From an uncultured Acidimicrobiia bacterium (GTDB lineage: Bacteria; Acidobacteriota; Terriglobia; Versatilivoradales; Versatilivoraceae), in assembly GCA_963810905.1 (NCBI GenBank), contig CAWEPG010000009.1:42280-106279 (forward strand): a stretch of DNA of 64,000 nucleotides, written 5' to 3'. Positions 21,341 through 32,083 of the stretch are shown here, piece after piece. Position 1 is the stretch's first letter, and each line of letters begins with the position of its first letter. Position numbers and translations under genes: made by a program. Below the pieces are notes generated by a model. The model was not told the origin of the DNA. It made no database searches and worked only from the letters and a program-made list of their open reading frames with translations.

Positions 21341-22183
21341 TTCGAGGTTATTCGCTTTAGGAATTCGTTACTATCGTAAGTGCGCACTCCGGAAGAGTTC
21401 CTCCTCGACTTGTCCCGGGTCGAAATTGGGGATGTAGCGATCAAAGGCATCTATAAAATCATCCCATTCTTAGCCTCGAGTCCTTTCACCATTGCACGAC
21501 TTTTTTCCCGGGTGAATTCTAAGAGGCTTCAGAATTCTGGTTATCGTGTTCTTCGTGATTGGCTGGCCCTGATTCTATTTCATAAATATTGAGCGATCTT
21601 AGATTGTTTTTCACACCGGGATACCCAGTCAGTGAACCGCTTTGGAGTTGGCCTGTAGTCATCGTCCGTCCCTGGGACCATAGTTTTGCGAACCACGCGG
21701 ATGATCATTTGGAAACGGTCTGGTGACGACACTTTTCTAAGGGAGAAGCTTTGCCTAGGGTATCGCGGGAGGGCGAAGTGTCAATTGAAGAAACCTGCAA
21801 AGTTGTCACTATAATTTGTAAACATCGATAGGACCGATCATCCGGGAAGGGGCCCGTGGGTTGACCCGGACACCAAGGTACGTTGTTTTTGGTCATCCCA
21901 CATTCAAGCCTGAGTCGGACTGGGCAGGAAGCTCAGCAGGGAGCGCTGGTGCGACTTCAGAAGCGACTGGATTTGTCTTCCTTAATTGCTTCTGCCGTTC
22001 TGCCGGATGTCGATTAGGGTTCTGTATCTGCTCCCAGGAGATCGAGAAACTGTTCCATAACAATGTGTCTCAAAATGGGAGACAACCACAACACAAACCG
22101 TCGTTGCCCTTTGCTAGCAGATGCAAATGGAGAATGAGATGGATTACGGCAATAAAGATGAAGGGTGAGTTAATGGACCACCC

Positions 22184-24232
22184 CTACTGGTGTAGGTTCA
22201 CCACATTGGCTTTGACTACGACTTCCAGGCCCCTAGGAGTTCTAGGTTCCGCTTTGGGAGCTGTTCCGACTCGCAAAGGGATGAATCGAGGGGATATTGC
22301 AGCCGGTATTGGATGCGATTCAACTGGGTTAAGTTCCGCTTCAGGAACCATTTCGCAAAGAAGGCTTAGAACTCCATTAGTGTCCTTCCTTGATATCCGC
22401 TCTTCTAGGTGCGAGATTTGGGTAAAAAAGTGATTCCGGTCTACACTATCATGTGATTTCCAGACTGTGATTTTCTTGTTTTCGGTGGCGGCAATCCCCT
22501 CACCCTGCCAGTAGAGCTCTTCATGGAGCTTCTCCCCCCCGCGGAGACCGGTAAACACAACGTCAATGTCTTCGTCAGGTTGCAGGCCAGAGAGCTTGAT
22601 CATGTTCCTGGCGAGATCGAGGATTCCTACCGGCTCGCCCATGTCTAAAAGGAATATTTCTCCCCCGGTTCCCATGGTGCCAGCGATCATCACCAATTGA
22701 ACAGCCTCGGAAATTGACATGAAATAACGGGTGGCTTCAGGATGAGTCACCGTCACCGGCCCGCCAATCGAGATCTGCTTCTTGAAAAGTGGAATGACGC
22801 TTCCGTTACTTCCCAACACATTGCCGAAACGTAGAGCCACGTACCTTGTCCCGTTGCCCCCGAGAGCTTCGACAACCAACTCCGCAATGCGTTTCGTGGT
22901 GCCCATAATGCTGCTGGGACGAACCGCCTTATCGGTCGAAATGAGCACGAACTTACCGACTCCCGCCTTGCTGGCCATCTTGGCGACATTGAGAGTTCCT
23001 AGAACATTGTTTCGCACGGCCTCCATCGGCTCGCGTTCCATCATGGGCACATGTTTATAAGCGGCCGCATGATAGATTAGATCAACTTCGTGATCCCGCA
23101 GAACTTTCATCAATTTTTCACCGTCAAGAATATCACCAAGAACAGGGAGGATTGGAACATCCGGGAAATCCCTTTTCAAATCTAATTCCAAATCATAAAG
23201 ACTGCTTTCGTACCGCTCATACATGATGAGTATGCCAGGTCCAAGCTGAGCAACTTGTCGACAGAGCTCTGAACCGATCGATCCACCAGCGCCAGTTACC
23301 ATGATGGCTTTTCCCTTAATTTCCGCTTCCAGAACTCGGCGGTCGGATTCCCGGCAGAACTTGATCACGCCACGCCCCAGCAGTTCTTCACAGGAAACAT
23401 CTCTTAGCTGGCTGGTGAACTTCCTGTCGCTAATCAACTCGCTCAGACTGGGCAGGACCAAGGTTTTGATCTGTGTGCTCTGGGCGATGGTCTTGACGCG
23501 GACTATGTCTTTATAGTTTGCCGAAGGGATAGCAATAATGATTTCGTCAATCGTGTGAAGGCTGGCAATCCGAGGAATTTCTTCACTATTGCCCAACACG
23601 GGGACCCCGAGTATGCTCGTTTTGCGCTTAAACGGATCGTCGTCGACGCAGCCCACGACGTGGATACCCAGATTAGGGTTGGATTGGATTTCCTTCAGCA
23701 AGAGAAATCCCGCTTTGCCGGCGCCTGCTATCAGGACATACTTGAGCTTCTTTTGTAAATGATTGCCCTTGGACTGCAGGTAGTGTCTTACCAGGAGGCG
23801 CGGCCCAGTCAGGAAAGCCAGATTGATCAAAGGCTCCAAGATAAGCACGGATCGGGGGAAACCTTGAAGCTTCGTCGTGAATGACAAAATTACAATAATG
23901 CCAACCGATCCTAGCGCGGTGGCTTTCACTATGCTCATTAGATCCTGAATGCTGGCAAACCGCCAAGAACTCGCATCAATCCGGTAGTAGTAATAGCTTG
24001 CCAGTCGACACACTACAAAAATTGAAGCCAAATTCAAGAAAAGCGCCCAATACTCACGAGGGATACTCATCTCAAACCGCAGAAACAAGGCCAGTGCGTA
24101 AGATGCAAGCACAGTGAGTAATTGGAAAGACCATACTAATAAAAACCGATAGCGCATGACCTGCTCTTCAGTCATCTTCTCGGTCGATTTTCCGTTCTTC
24201 AGCACGCTCAGGTCTAAAACAGTGTGGTTCAA
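22184..24232 (-). CDS. Membrane-bound nucleotide-sugar 4,6-dehydratase (CapD/PglF/WbpM family)
   Basis: Four N-terminal TM helices; GAGKAG; VTGAGGSIGSEL, HAAAYKHVP, STDKAV, RFGNVLGS and GEKLHEEL. Confidence 0.93.
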   Translation of the reverse strand: MNHTVLDLSVLKNGKSTEKMTEEQVMRYRFLLVWSFQLLTVLASYALALFLRFEMSIPREYWALFLNLASIFVVCRLASYYYYRIDASSWRFASIQDLMSIVKATALGSVGIIVILSFTTKLQGFPRSVLILEPLINLAFLTGPRLLVRHYLQSKGNHLQKKLKYVLIAGAGKAGFLLLKEIQSNPNLGIHVVGCVDDDPFKRKTSILGVPVLGNSEEIPRIASLHTIDEIIIAIPSANYKDIVRVKTIAQSTQIKTLVLPSLSELISDRKFTSQLRDVSCEELLGRGVIKFCRESDRRVLEAEIKGKAIMVTGAGGSIGSELCRQVAQLGPGILIMYERYESSLYDLELDLKRDFPDVPILPVLGDILDGEKLMKVLRDHEVDLIYHAAAYKHVPMMEREPMEAVRNNVLGTLNVAKMASKAGVGKFVLISTDKAVRPSSIMGTTKRIAELVVEALGGNGTRYVALRFGNVLGSNGSVIPLFKKQISIGGPVTVTHPEATRYFMSISEAVQLVMIAGTMGTGGEIFLLDMGEPVGILDLARNMIKLSGLQPDEDIDVVFTGLRGGEKLHEELYWQGEGIAATENKKITVWKSHDSVDRNHFFTQISHLEERISRKDTNGVLSLLCEMVPEAELNPVESHPIPAAISPRFIPLRVGTAPKAEPRTPRGLEVVVKANVVNLHQ

Positions 24233-24352
24233 CGGTCTTCTCCCAGGGTTCCATGATGGGGAAAGTCATTTTCCGAACGGGGATTTTCCTCAGCTCGGAT
24301 CAGACAAAAGCGTGGACGACACGACAGCATCGAAATGTCACAGTTACGCTTT

Positions 24353-24368
24353 AGCAAGACTTTGGCCA
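24353..24368 (-). promoter_or_regulatory. sigma54 -24/-12 promoter of the CapD-like gene
   Basis: Minus strand TGGCCAAAGTCTTGCT, GG-N10-GC; IHF-like TTTCAATAAATTA at 24408-24420. Confidence 0.65.
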
Positions 24369-25146
24369 TTGTCTGATGCCGAGTTGAAATTGAGCTCTTC
24401 GCTTCATTTTCAATAAATTAGATTAGGTTTGTAGTAGGACATTCCTAATGACAGAAGCTCCAGAGTGGAATTTCATTGGAACATTCAGTAAGAGAAGTTC
24501 CACTATCTGCGGGCAACAATTGCTCCACCTTGAAAAAAACTACTCCTTTTTTTGTGGATCCGAGATCTGGAAGACCTGGAACCTAAGAAAAAAAATTCCC
24601 TGGTTCTGGTGCTGAGATCGGGAGAGGCTTGAGCCGCTCGGCGTGAAAATTCTTCCTACTTCAGACTCAACACAGAAGACAAATACGAATGAACAATGTC
24701 AATCGACTTTTGATACTGAGGCACCTGAGGGGATGGTTGTAAACAGTGGAGGGGTGAAATCGTTTTAGACTCAATTTCGGTACCGTCGGCGAATGCGCGC
24801 CAGAGATGGCCGCAGGACGATCCTTGGGTGTATCCAAGATTTTGGTGAAGGTTCCAGTTTAGCCAGATTGGTTCCGATAGTTGGAATTCCGATTGAGGAG
24901 TCTTCCCCCAAGAAAACGTTCTCGACCGCCACCACGATTCTTGCAGACGGTAACTCCGTTAGGTCCAGCTTTTTGGAGCATTTCAATTAAAATCGCTCCC
25001 AATAAGGGCCAGTAGGTATTTAAAGGGTCAAGAGACGATCCCGAAAACAAAATGTGTGGTATCCTGATGCCGCAACAATCACGGATGTAGCTCTCTTTGA
25101 CAATGAAAGGCTTCTCATTCGAGCCAAATCTCTTTGAGGTGAAAGT

Positions 25147-26085
25147 ATGTCGTTGCGAATTTTAGTTACGGGCGGCGCCGGGTTTATAGGATCTCATCTC
25201 TGCGAACGACTCCTTAGCGAAAATCACGAGGTGATCTGTCTTGATAACTACTTCACTGGATCAAAAAGGAATCTTTACCACCTCCTCGATTTTCAGAATT
25301 TTGAATTGTTGCGGCATGATATTATCAATCCCGTTGATATTGAAGCGGATCAAATCTATAACTTGGCTTGTCCGGCGTCTCCAATCTTCTACCAGTTTAA
25401 CCCTGTCCGCACAATTCAAGCGAATGTCCTGGGTGTTACCAACATGCTTGAATTAGCCAAAAGGACACGGGCAAGAATTTTGCAGGCTTCCACCTCTGAA
25501 GTCTATGGCGACCCCACAGTACACCCTCAACGGGAAGATTATTGGGGCAATGTCAATCCGATAGGTGTTCGAAGTTGTTATGACGAGGGCAAAAGAGTAG
25601 CCGAGGCCCTTATGATGGATTATCACCGCCAAAACGCCATTGATATTCGTATTGTTCGAATCTTCAATACTTATGGCCCTCGAATGGCTGTGCACGACGG
25701 AAGAGTGGTCAGTAACTTCATCGTCCAAGCCCTGCGCGGCGAAAACATTACCATTTACGGAAACGGACAGCAGACCCGTTCATTCTGCTATATCAGCGAC
25801 CTGGTCGATGGATTGGTCAGAATGATGAATTCTGAAGGGATCACCGGTCCGGTCAATCTTGGAAATCCGAATGAATTTACGATCCGCGAGTTGGCGGAGA
25901 AAATCCTGCAGAAAATCAAGACGAGGTCAGAGATAGAGTTTCGACCCCTTCCAAACGATGATCCAGTCAGGCGCCAGCCTGATATTGGGTTGGCGAAGAA
26001 TAAATTGAATTGGGTTCCCATGATTGCTTTAGACGAGGGTTTAGATAGAACTATCGAATACTTTAAGGGCATTTCGCTTCCATGA
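25147..26085 (+). CDS. UDP-glucuronate decarboxylase (UDP-xylose synthase)
   Basis: [35 protein letters not shown] and CYDEGKR. Confidence 0.94.
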   Translation: MSLRILVTGGAGFIGSHLCERLLSENHEVICLDNYFTGSKRNLYHLLDFQNFELLRHDIINPVDIEADQIYNLACPASPIFYQFNPVRTIQANVLGVTNMLELAKRTRARILQASTSEVYGDPTVHPQREDYWGNVNPIGVRSCYDEGKRVAEALMMDYHRQNAIDIRIVRIFNTYGPRMAVHDGRVVSNFIVQALRGENITIYGNGQQTRSFCYISDLVDGLVRMMNSEGITGPVNLGNPNEFTIRELAEKILQKIKTRSEIEFRPLPNDDPVRRQPDIGLAKNKLNWVPMIALDEGLDRTIEYFKGISLP

Positions 26086-26440
26086 TTTCAATCGTGAATT
26101 CACTTCAACTTATCTGCAAAAAAACTCTTGCTGATTTATTCCTCAGGATAATCCTCTAAAGTTCTCTTTCCCTCCTTCTGAATTTCCCTTTCGGATCAAG
26201 CGTCAGAGGGAAGGGGGAGGGGAATTACCTCGACTTTTTTTGGCTTGGTCCATCCCCATTACTTCATCATTCCAAACGCCGTTAGGCAGTAACGAATTCG
26301 TTATTCAGACGGGAAATTGTAATTCCGTACTTCCAAAGATTCCAAAATGTACTCGAGGTAGAATGCGCTAGTTATCTTTACACAAAACAAAACAAAAGAT
26401 TTATTTGGTAATCGGTGTTGAGGATCTCTAAAGATCCTAA

Positions 26441-26456
26441 TGGACTACCAGTTGCA
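26441..26456 (+). promoter_or_regulatory. sigma54 -24/-12 promoter
   Basis: TGGACTACCAGTTGCA, GG-N10-GC, about 50 nt before ATG 26509. Confidence 0.65.
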
Positions 26457-26508
26457 TTAGACCGCGTGGAGATTCAGACTCCATTCATCTTTGTTCAGGT
26501 AGATTTTC

Positions 26509-27702
26509 ATGCATACCCAGATAAAAAATCACTCGCTCTGCCAGAAGATCCTCTCAATTGTTTTCGTTTTTGCCTTCTTTGGGATCGCCGCTGGAAAGTT
26601 AATTGCGGGCTCCCTCTCTATTTCCTGGGCCCCAGTACAGGACAGCCGATTGGCAGGCTATAAGATCAAGTACGGCACGACATCAGGGATTTATTCACAA
26701 TCGTTGGATGTAGGAAATGTCACTAGCTTTATCGTGCCGAACCTGACTGAGGGAACGACATATTATCTTGTCGTCGTAGGATATGACGGCAACAAGGCAG
26801 AAGGTCAGCCATCGCCAGAGGCTTCAGGGAGCGTCTTAGCATCCTGGATTATTACGGCAAGCTCCATTACAGCCAACGGGGCGGTCATTACCTGGACAAC
26901 CAACAAGCCAAGCGACAGCCAGGCTGACTATGGAACCACTCCAAACTATGGATCCAGTACAACACTTGATACCACCCAGGTGACAAGCCACTCCCGGTCG
27001 CTTGCTAATCTGACTGCAGGGACCACATACAACTATCGCATCCGCTCTAAGGATGCCGGTGGCTCCGTGACGGTTTCTTCAAACTTCACTTTCTCGACCC
27101 AGCAAGGGACAGACACCACGCCTCCCGGAGATGCGACCAACTTCACAGCGGTACCAGGCAACTCCGTAGTCAACCTTAATTGGACAAATCCCACAGACTC
27201 TGACTACAAAGGGGTCATGATTCGTTACCGCACGGATGGGATGTACCCGACCAGTAATGCTGATGGAATGCTTGCAATGGATCGGACCGAAGTTGCCGGG
27301 TCAAACGATTATTTTGTGCACTCGGGATTGTCGAATGGGACTACGTACAGTTATTCGGCGTTCACTTATGACACTTCAGGGAACTACTCGCACACGGCCC
27401 ATTCTCAAGCCACGCCAGCCAATGTTTCCATCAGTTCACTTTCCCCGACCAACGGGCTAGCGGGGGCCACAGTTGTCATTTCAGGCATTGGGTTCGGCAG
27501 TATTCAAGGGACTAGTATAGTGTCGTTCAGTGGATTGAGCGCCACCGCCAGCGCTTGGAGCGGCACTTCACTGACTGTTACTGTTCCACAGAATGCCAAG
27601 AGCGGCGATGTTTTTATGACGGTGAACGGAGTACAAAGTAATTCTGTTTATTTCAAAGTTGGAAAGACTCTTGGCAAGCCTCTGAGAGTTAGGGCGCATT
27701 AG
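26509..27702 (+). CDS. Secreted fibronectin type III + IPT/TIG domain protein
   Basis: Signal peptide; three FN3-like repeats (NLTEGTTYY, NLTAGTTYNY, GLSNGTTYSY); C-terminal IPT-like domain. Confidence 0.85.
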   Translation: MHTQIKNHSLCQKILSIVFVFAFFGIAAGKLIAGSLSISWAPVQDSRLAGYKIKYGTTSGIYSQSLDVGNVTSFIVPNLTEGTTYYLVVVGYDGNKAEGQPSPEASGSVLASWIITASSITANGAVITWTTNKPSDSQADYGTTPNYGSSTTLDTTQVTSHSRSLANLTAGTTYNYRIRSKDAGGSVTVSSNFTFSTQQGTDTTPPGDATNFTAVPGNSVVNLNWTNPTDSDYKGVMIRYRTDGMYPTSNADGMLAMDRTEVAGSNDYFVHSGLSNGTTYSYSAFTYDTSGNYSHTAHSQATPANVSISSLSPTNGLAGATVVISGIGFGSIQGTSIVSFSGLSATASAWSGTSLTVTVPQNAKSGDVFMTVNGVQSNSVYFKVGKTLGKPLRVRAH

Positions 27703-27738
27703 GTAGTAAAGGATAAACCACCCTTAGATAAGAAATCG

Positions 27739-27780
27739 AAACGGTAATCAGCAGAAACAAGCTGGTTGCCGTTTTTTTTT
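27739..27780 (+). terminator. Rho-independent terminator
   Basis: Stem ACGGTAATCAGC / GCTGGTTGCCGT followed by a long T run. Confidence 0.85.
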
Positions 27781-27840
27781 GCGCTCCAACCCGTTTGCTT
27801 CTTCGGCAGGACATGCACGGCGTGCGTGACGAATATCAAT

Positions 27841-27955
27841 GGCGGTCTAAGCAAGACGGCCCTGCCATAATTCTAGAGTCCCCCAGTTTGGTTTAACGAG
27901 ATGGCATGACACAAGAGGCCATTCTTCGCAGTGGTGTCAGCGAGACCGCCCTATC
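27841..27955. repeat. Two degenerate REP arms
   Basis: GGCGGTCTAAGCAAGACGGCCCT at 27841 and GTGTCAGCGAGACCGCCCTA near 27934. Confidence 0.6.
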
Positions 27956-28265
27956 AATCGGACTAACTAATTACTAATTATGTAGTTTTAATACTAAAGC
28001 TAAATTTTCGACCCGAGGTGAAATCGGTACGCAATTACTAGTATTTCCAATACTCCGAATGGGTTACTAGCTACTACCCAATGGGTATTAGAACATGGTT
28101 GACTGCGCAAGTACAAGATCGTTCTGAAATGTTTTCTCTAAGCCTGCATGGTTCCCGTTTTGCCCCGCTACGCAGCCTGTACGTTTTTTAATTAAGTGTT
28201 TTTATATCAATGACTTTAGTCATAAGTGAAAATAATTTCACACAAGAAAAGATTGTCCTCAACAA

Positions 28266-28281
28266 TGGAGTAATGGTTGCT
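28266..28281 (+). promoter_or_regulatory. sigma54 -24/-12 promoter
   Basis: TGGAGTAATGGTTGCT, GG-N10-GC; IHF-like TATCAATGACTTT at 28205-28217. Confidence 0.65.
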
Positions 28282-28303
28282 TTTGGAGTGATGGATTATT
28301 CCA

Positions 28304-30553
28304 ATGAGAGGGTTAGGGATCATGCGTAATTACCAGAAATCCATCATATTAATCGCAGGCTTTTTACTAAGTTTGTCGTCAGCTGCATTTGGACAGTCTG
28401 GCAACATTACGATCTCCTGGGATCCTATCCCGGACCCGGATGTAGCTGGGTATACTGTAGTTTGGGGAACAGCCTCAAAAAACTATACAGGTTCCCAAAA
28501 CGTAGGGGCGACGGCCACTCAGTCGACTGTCAATCTCCCAGGCGGTAAGACCTATTATTTCGCTGCTCGAGGATTCGACAAGGATGGCGTGCCGGGGGAA
28601 CTCTCTGATGAGACTTCAGCTATGGTTAACGGCAACGACACGACTCCTCCGGTTATTTCCGGCATCTCCGTTTCCAATCTCTCAGCGTCTGCTGTCACTG
28701 TCTCGTTCACCACGGACGAAAATGCTTATAATCAGGTTGAGTACGGGCTGACTACAGGATTGGGTTCCTATACGGGACTGACAAATGTCTCAACGACATC
28801 TCACCAGGTCCTTGTAGGCAATCTGTCCAGCTCGACAACTTATTACTACCGGATCACAGCCAAGGATCCTTCCGGGAACGAGGCTCTTTCTCAGATACTC
28901 TCCTTTAAAACGAAATCCGGCGTTGGCGACCCGCCCGATCCGAATGCCTTAATCAAATTCACTCAGATCACTCTGACAAACGTCAGCAGTAATTCGGTGT
29001 CGATTAACTGGGTGACCGACAAATGGACTACAGGGTTTATTGATTATGGTCCAGATGCCAATTTTGGGATGAACGCCTCCGATCCGAACTCCCTTACGAA
29101 TCACGTTACTCCCCTTTATAGTCTGGCTCCGTCCACCCTTTATCGGTATCGAATCACGGCGATGGACACAGAAAGCCACCAGGTGATTTCAGGGATTCTG
29201 ATGTTTAAGACTGCCGACCGCGTCAACCAGCCAGCGCGTCCTTCATCTCAAGCGATTTTCATTCCTTCGATTGTTGAGAACAAACGGTTCCGAACGAACC
29301 TTGGCATCAATAATGAAACCGACACGATGGCCAATGTCAGTCTAACGCTCGTGGACAAGGAAGGGCTTGTCCTTGGCGGAACATCGTTGACTGTGGAACC
29401 CATGGGGCTGAAACAAATCAACAGTGTCGCCCGGATCCTCTATCCAGACAGCTTTGGGAATGATTTAGAAGGGGATCTCTATCTTGAAAGCGACCAGAAT
29501 ATTAAGGCTTGGGCGTCTCAGATCAACAACGCGACCAATGATCCGAGTCTCTCACTGAGCAAACAGTCTGGCTCAACGAAACTGCTCATTCCTTCTTCAG
29601 CCAACCTCGGAAAATTCACCTCCTCGCTGGTGATCATGAATATTGGCTTGTCGGCCGCTGAGGTAAGCATGAAGGCCTACGGGGTCTCTGGCCAAGTTCT
29701 TGGTCAGACTAGTGGGTCGCTCTCTATTCCGTCCAACGGGATCCTAAGTTTTGACAATGTGCTTGAATCTTTAGGAGTAAAGGATAACTACGGGCCGATC
29801 GAAATTACCTCTACCAACAGTGTGCCGATCATTGCCAGTTCGCGCGTCTCCAATGCGAGTGGATCGGGGGGATTTTTCGAGGGACTGGATTATGCGAACG
29901 CGTCTACTCTTCAATACATTCCTCACGTCCTCGATACCAATGCGACCCGCACCAACCTGGGGATTAACAATGTAACGGCCACCACTGCAGCCGTAACCAT
30001 TCGGTTGTTTAATCAACATGGAATTCTATTGGCCTCGAGGCCAGTATCGGTGGCACCGAGAGGTCTGACCCAGATAAACAATATCGTTCGGACAATATTG
30101 AACAAAGGCGATGTCACCAATCAGGAAGGCTATCTTCAGTTGGATTCAGATCAGCCGGTATTTGGCTGGGTTTCTCAGATTGACAATTCCAGCGACGATC
30201 CAGGGTTTGCCGTGAGCAAGGGTAGTGGTTCGACCCATCTTCTGGTGCAATCCACAGCCAATGTGGGCAGCTTCAAATCCAGCCTGATTGTTGTCAACAT
30301 TGGGGATTCCGATGCGGCTGTCGACATTGTTTCGCACAATAGCGGAGGAAGTATCCAAGGCGAAGCCCGTGGGATAATGATCTCGAAGGGAGGCTTCTAC
30401 AGCACGACCAATATCCTTGAAACCTTAGGGATCAATTCCGGCTATGGGCCCATCGAGATCCTCTCGACAAATGGCAAGCCACTTTTGGTGACCTCTCGGG
30501 TCTATAGCAATTCTGGTACGAGTGGGTTTTTTGAAGGACAGCCGATGGATTAA
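28304..30553 (+). CDS. Secreted FN3-repeat protein with two copies of the shared C-terminal module
   Basis: Signal peptide (SAAFGQ); three FN3-like domains; FRTNLGINN...GFFEG unit occurs twice. Confidence 0.85.
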   Translation: MRGLGIMRNYQKSIILIAGFLLSLSSAAFGQSGNITISWDPIPDPDVAGYTVVWGTASKNYTGSQNVGATATQSTVNLPGGKTYYFAARGFDKDGVPGELSDETSAMVNGNDTTPPVISGISVSNLSASAVTVSFTTDENAYNQVEYGLTTGLGSYTGLTNVSTTSHQVLVGNLSSSTTYYYRITAKDPSGNEALSQILSFKTKSGVGDPPDPNALIKFTQITLTNVSSNSVSINWVTDKWTTGFIDYGPDANFGMNASDPNSLTNHVTPLYSLAPSTLYRYRITAMDTESHQVISGILMFKTADRVNQPARPSSQAIFIPSIVENKRFRTNLGINNETDTMANVSLTLVDKEGLVLGGTSLTVEPMGLKQINSVARILYPDSFGNDLEGDLYLESDQNIKAWASQINNATNDPSLSLSKQSGSTKLLIPSSANLGKFTSSLVIMNIGLSAAEVSMKAYGVSGQVLGQTSGSLSIPSNGILSFDNVLESLGVKDNYGPIEITSTNSVPIIASSRVSNASGSGGFFEGLDYANASTLQYIPHVLDTNATRTNLGINNVTATTAAVTIRLFNQHGILLASRPVSVAPRGLTQINNIVRTILNKGDVTNQEGYLQLDSDQPVFGWVSQIDNSSDDPGFAVSKGSGSTHLLVQSTANVGSFKSSLIVVNIGDSDAAVDIVSHNSGGSIQGEARGIMISKGGFYSTTNILETLGINSGYGPIEILSTNGKPLLVTSRVYSNSGTSGFFEGQPMD

Positions 30554-30559
30554 TTTCAG

Positions 30560-30643
30560 GTAGGGCGGTTTCGTTGAAACCGCCGTCTCGAATTGTGCTC
30601 CCGAAACGAAGACTGCCTGGCAGTCTCAGCGAGACCGTCTTGC
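30560..30643. repeat. REPIN-like inverted REP pair
   Basis: GTAGGGCGGTTTCGTTGAAACCGCC ... GGCAGTCTCAGCGAGACCGTCT. Confidence 0.7.
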
Positions 30644-31911
30644 CTTTTTGACCAATTCCTGGACTAAAATCTTTACAATCCGCTTCCCAGCTTTTCCGTC
30701 CCAATAGCGTGGTTCGCGCGACTTTCTTTTCTTTTTGATCTGTGACAAAGCGCAATTCACAATATTGTTCTTTTTCGTCCCCGCCAGAACATTTGTCCCT
30801 TCAGATATGGTTATAGGCCTCTCCGTGTTCTCACGGAGTGTGAGGCAGGGAACCCCCAAGACTGTCGTCTCTTCTTGAATACCTCCAGAGTCGGTCAATA
30901 CCAAACGAGCGTTGGCCATGAGGCAGAGGAAATCCAAGTAACCAAGTGGGTCAATACAACGTACGCCTGAATTTCCGGTTGGGGCCGATGATCCTTCCAG
31001 CCCGAGCTGGAAATAGCTCTCCAATTGGAATTCCTTGATACGATTCATAGTTCGAGGATGGACCGGAAAGAGTATTGGAATCTTGGTCGAGATTTTGGAC
31101 AGAGCCTGGGCGATTTCCTGGAATGCCTCCCGATCATCTACATTGCTTGGACGATGCAATGTCACTAGCGCGTAGTCAATAGCGCCTTTACTGATTAGAC
31201 TTAGTTTCTTGAATACTGCTCTTCTTCTTTCTTTGTCCGCCTTATTAGGTCTGGCGATTTTAAGAGTCCGAATTGCGCGAGGATTTCAGATTTTTCTGCT
31301 CTGGACCGATGCTTCAACAGCGTATCGACCATGGTATTCCCGACCCAATAGATCTTATTGGAGATAACGCCTTCCCGCGTCAAATTCTTGGTCGCTCGTT
31401 TTTCAGTTACGAAATGCAAGTCGGAAATGGCATCCGTGAGCAATCGGTTGATTTCTTCCGGCATCGATCGGTCGAAGCTTCTTAGCCCAGCCTCCACGTG
31501 AGCGATAAGCGGACGAACGCGGCTGGAGAGGCTAGCCGGGTAAATAATCTTAGCAGCGACCAGGGAACAGGCAATGGTTGAATTCACATCGCCGACTACC
31601 AGCACGACATCTGGAAGATGAGACATCAAGACCGGCTCGAATCGTTTCATGATCTCAGCGGTCTGCTGAGCGTGAGAACCTGAGCCGACCTCTAAATCGA
31701 CATCCGGCTTTGGAATTCCCAAATCATGGAAAAAGGTGGCAGACATCTTTTCATCATAATGCTGACCCGTATGCACGATCAGCTGGTGGATCATGGGTTT
31801 ACGCCCAGAGTCGTTATATTTGGTCACAGCATCGGAGATCGACGCAATTTTCATGAAATTGGGGCGCGCCCCAGCTACAAGCATCAGTTTAAGCGACTTC
31901 AAAATGAACAT
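30626..31911 (-). CDS. wecB: UDP-N-acetylglucosamine 2-epimerase (non-hydrolysing); frameshift near 31260
   Basis: GARPNFMK, HTGQHYD, HVEAGLRS and MPEEINR in the first ORF; TLHRPSNVD, TDSGGIQEE and RENTERP in the second. Confidence 0.92.
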
Positions 31912-31941
31912 TCCTCCAATTGGAATATTTCTATTGTGTTA

Positions 31942-32013
31942 GTAAGGGGACGCTCGCCGAGCGCGCCGAAGAACTTATTATTAGTAACGGCGGTCTCAGC
32001 GAGAACGCGTTGC
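31942..32013. repeat. REPIN-like element
   Basis: GTAAGGGGACGCTCGCCGAGCGCGCC ... GGCGGTCTCAGCGAGA. Confidence 0.65.
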
Positions 32014-32083
32014 CAACCCAACAGAATCCCTCCTAAACAAAGGGAGTCCTCCAAGACTGTTTCGGCGAAACAGACCTGCTTTA

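Noticed and set aside
21380-22180. Short ORFs between the IPT protein and the capD-like gene
   Set aside because: No family motifs or clear RBS; could not be supported as genes or IS remnants.
25057-25072. sigma54 site upstream of UDP-xylose synthase
   Set aside because: GG-to-GC spacing is 9 nt rather than 10; it looks more like an extended -10 element.
28005-28040. c-di-GMP-I riboswitch (CCGAGGTGAAATCGGTACGCAA)
   Set aside because: It lacks the upstream GGCAAA-type element and a convincing second stem; an Infernal search would be needed.
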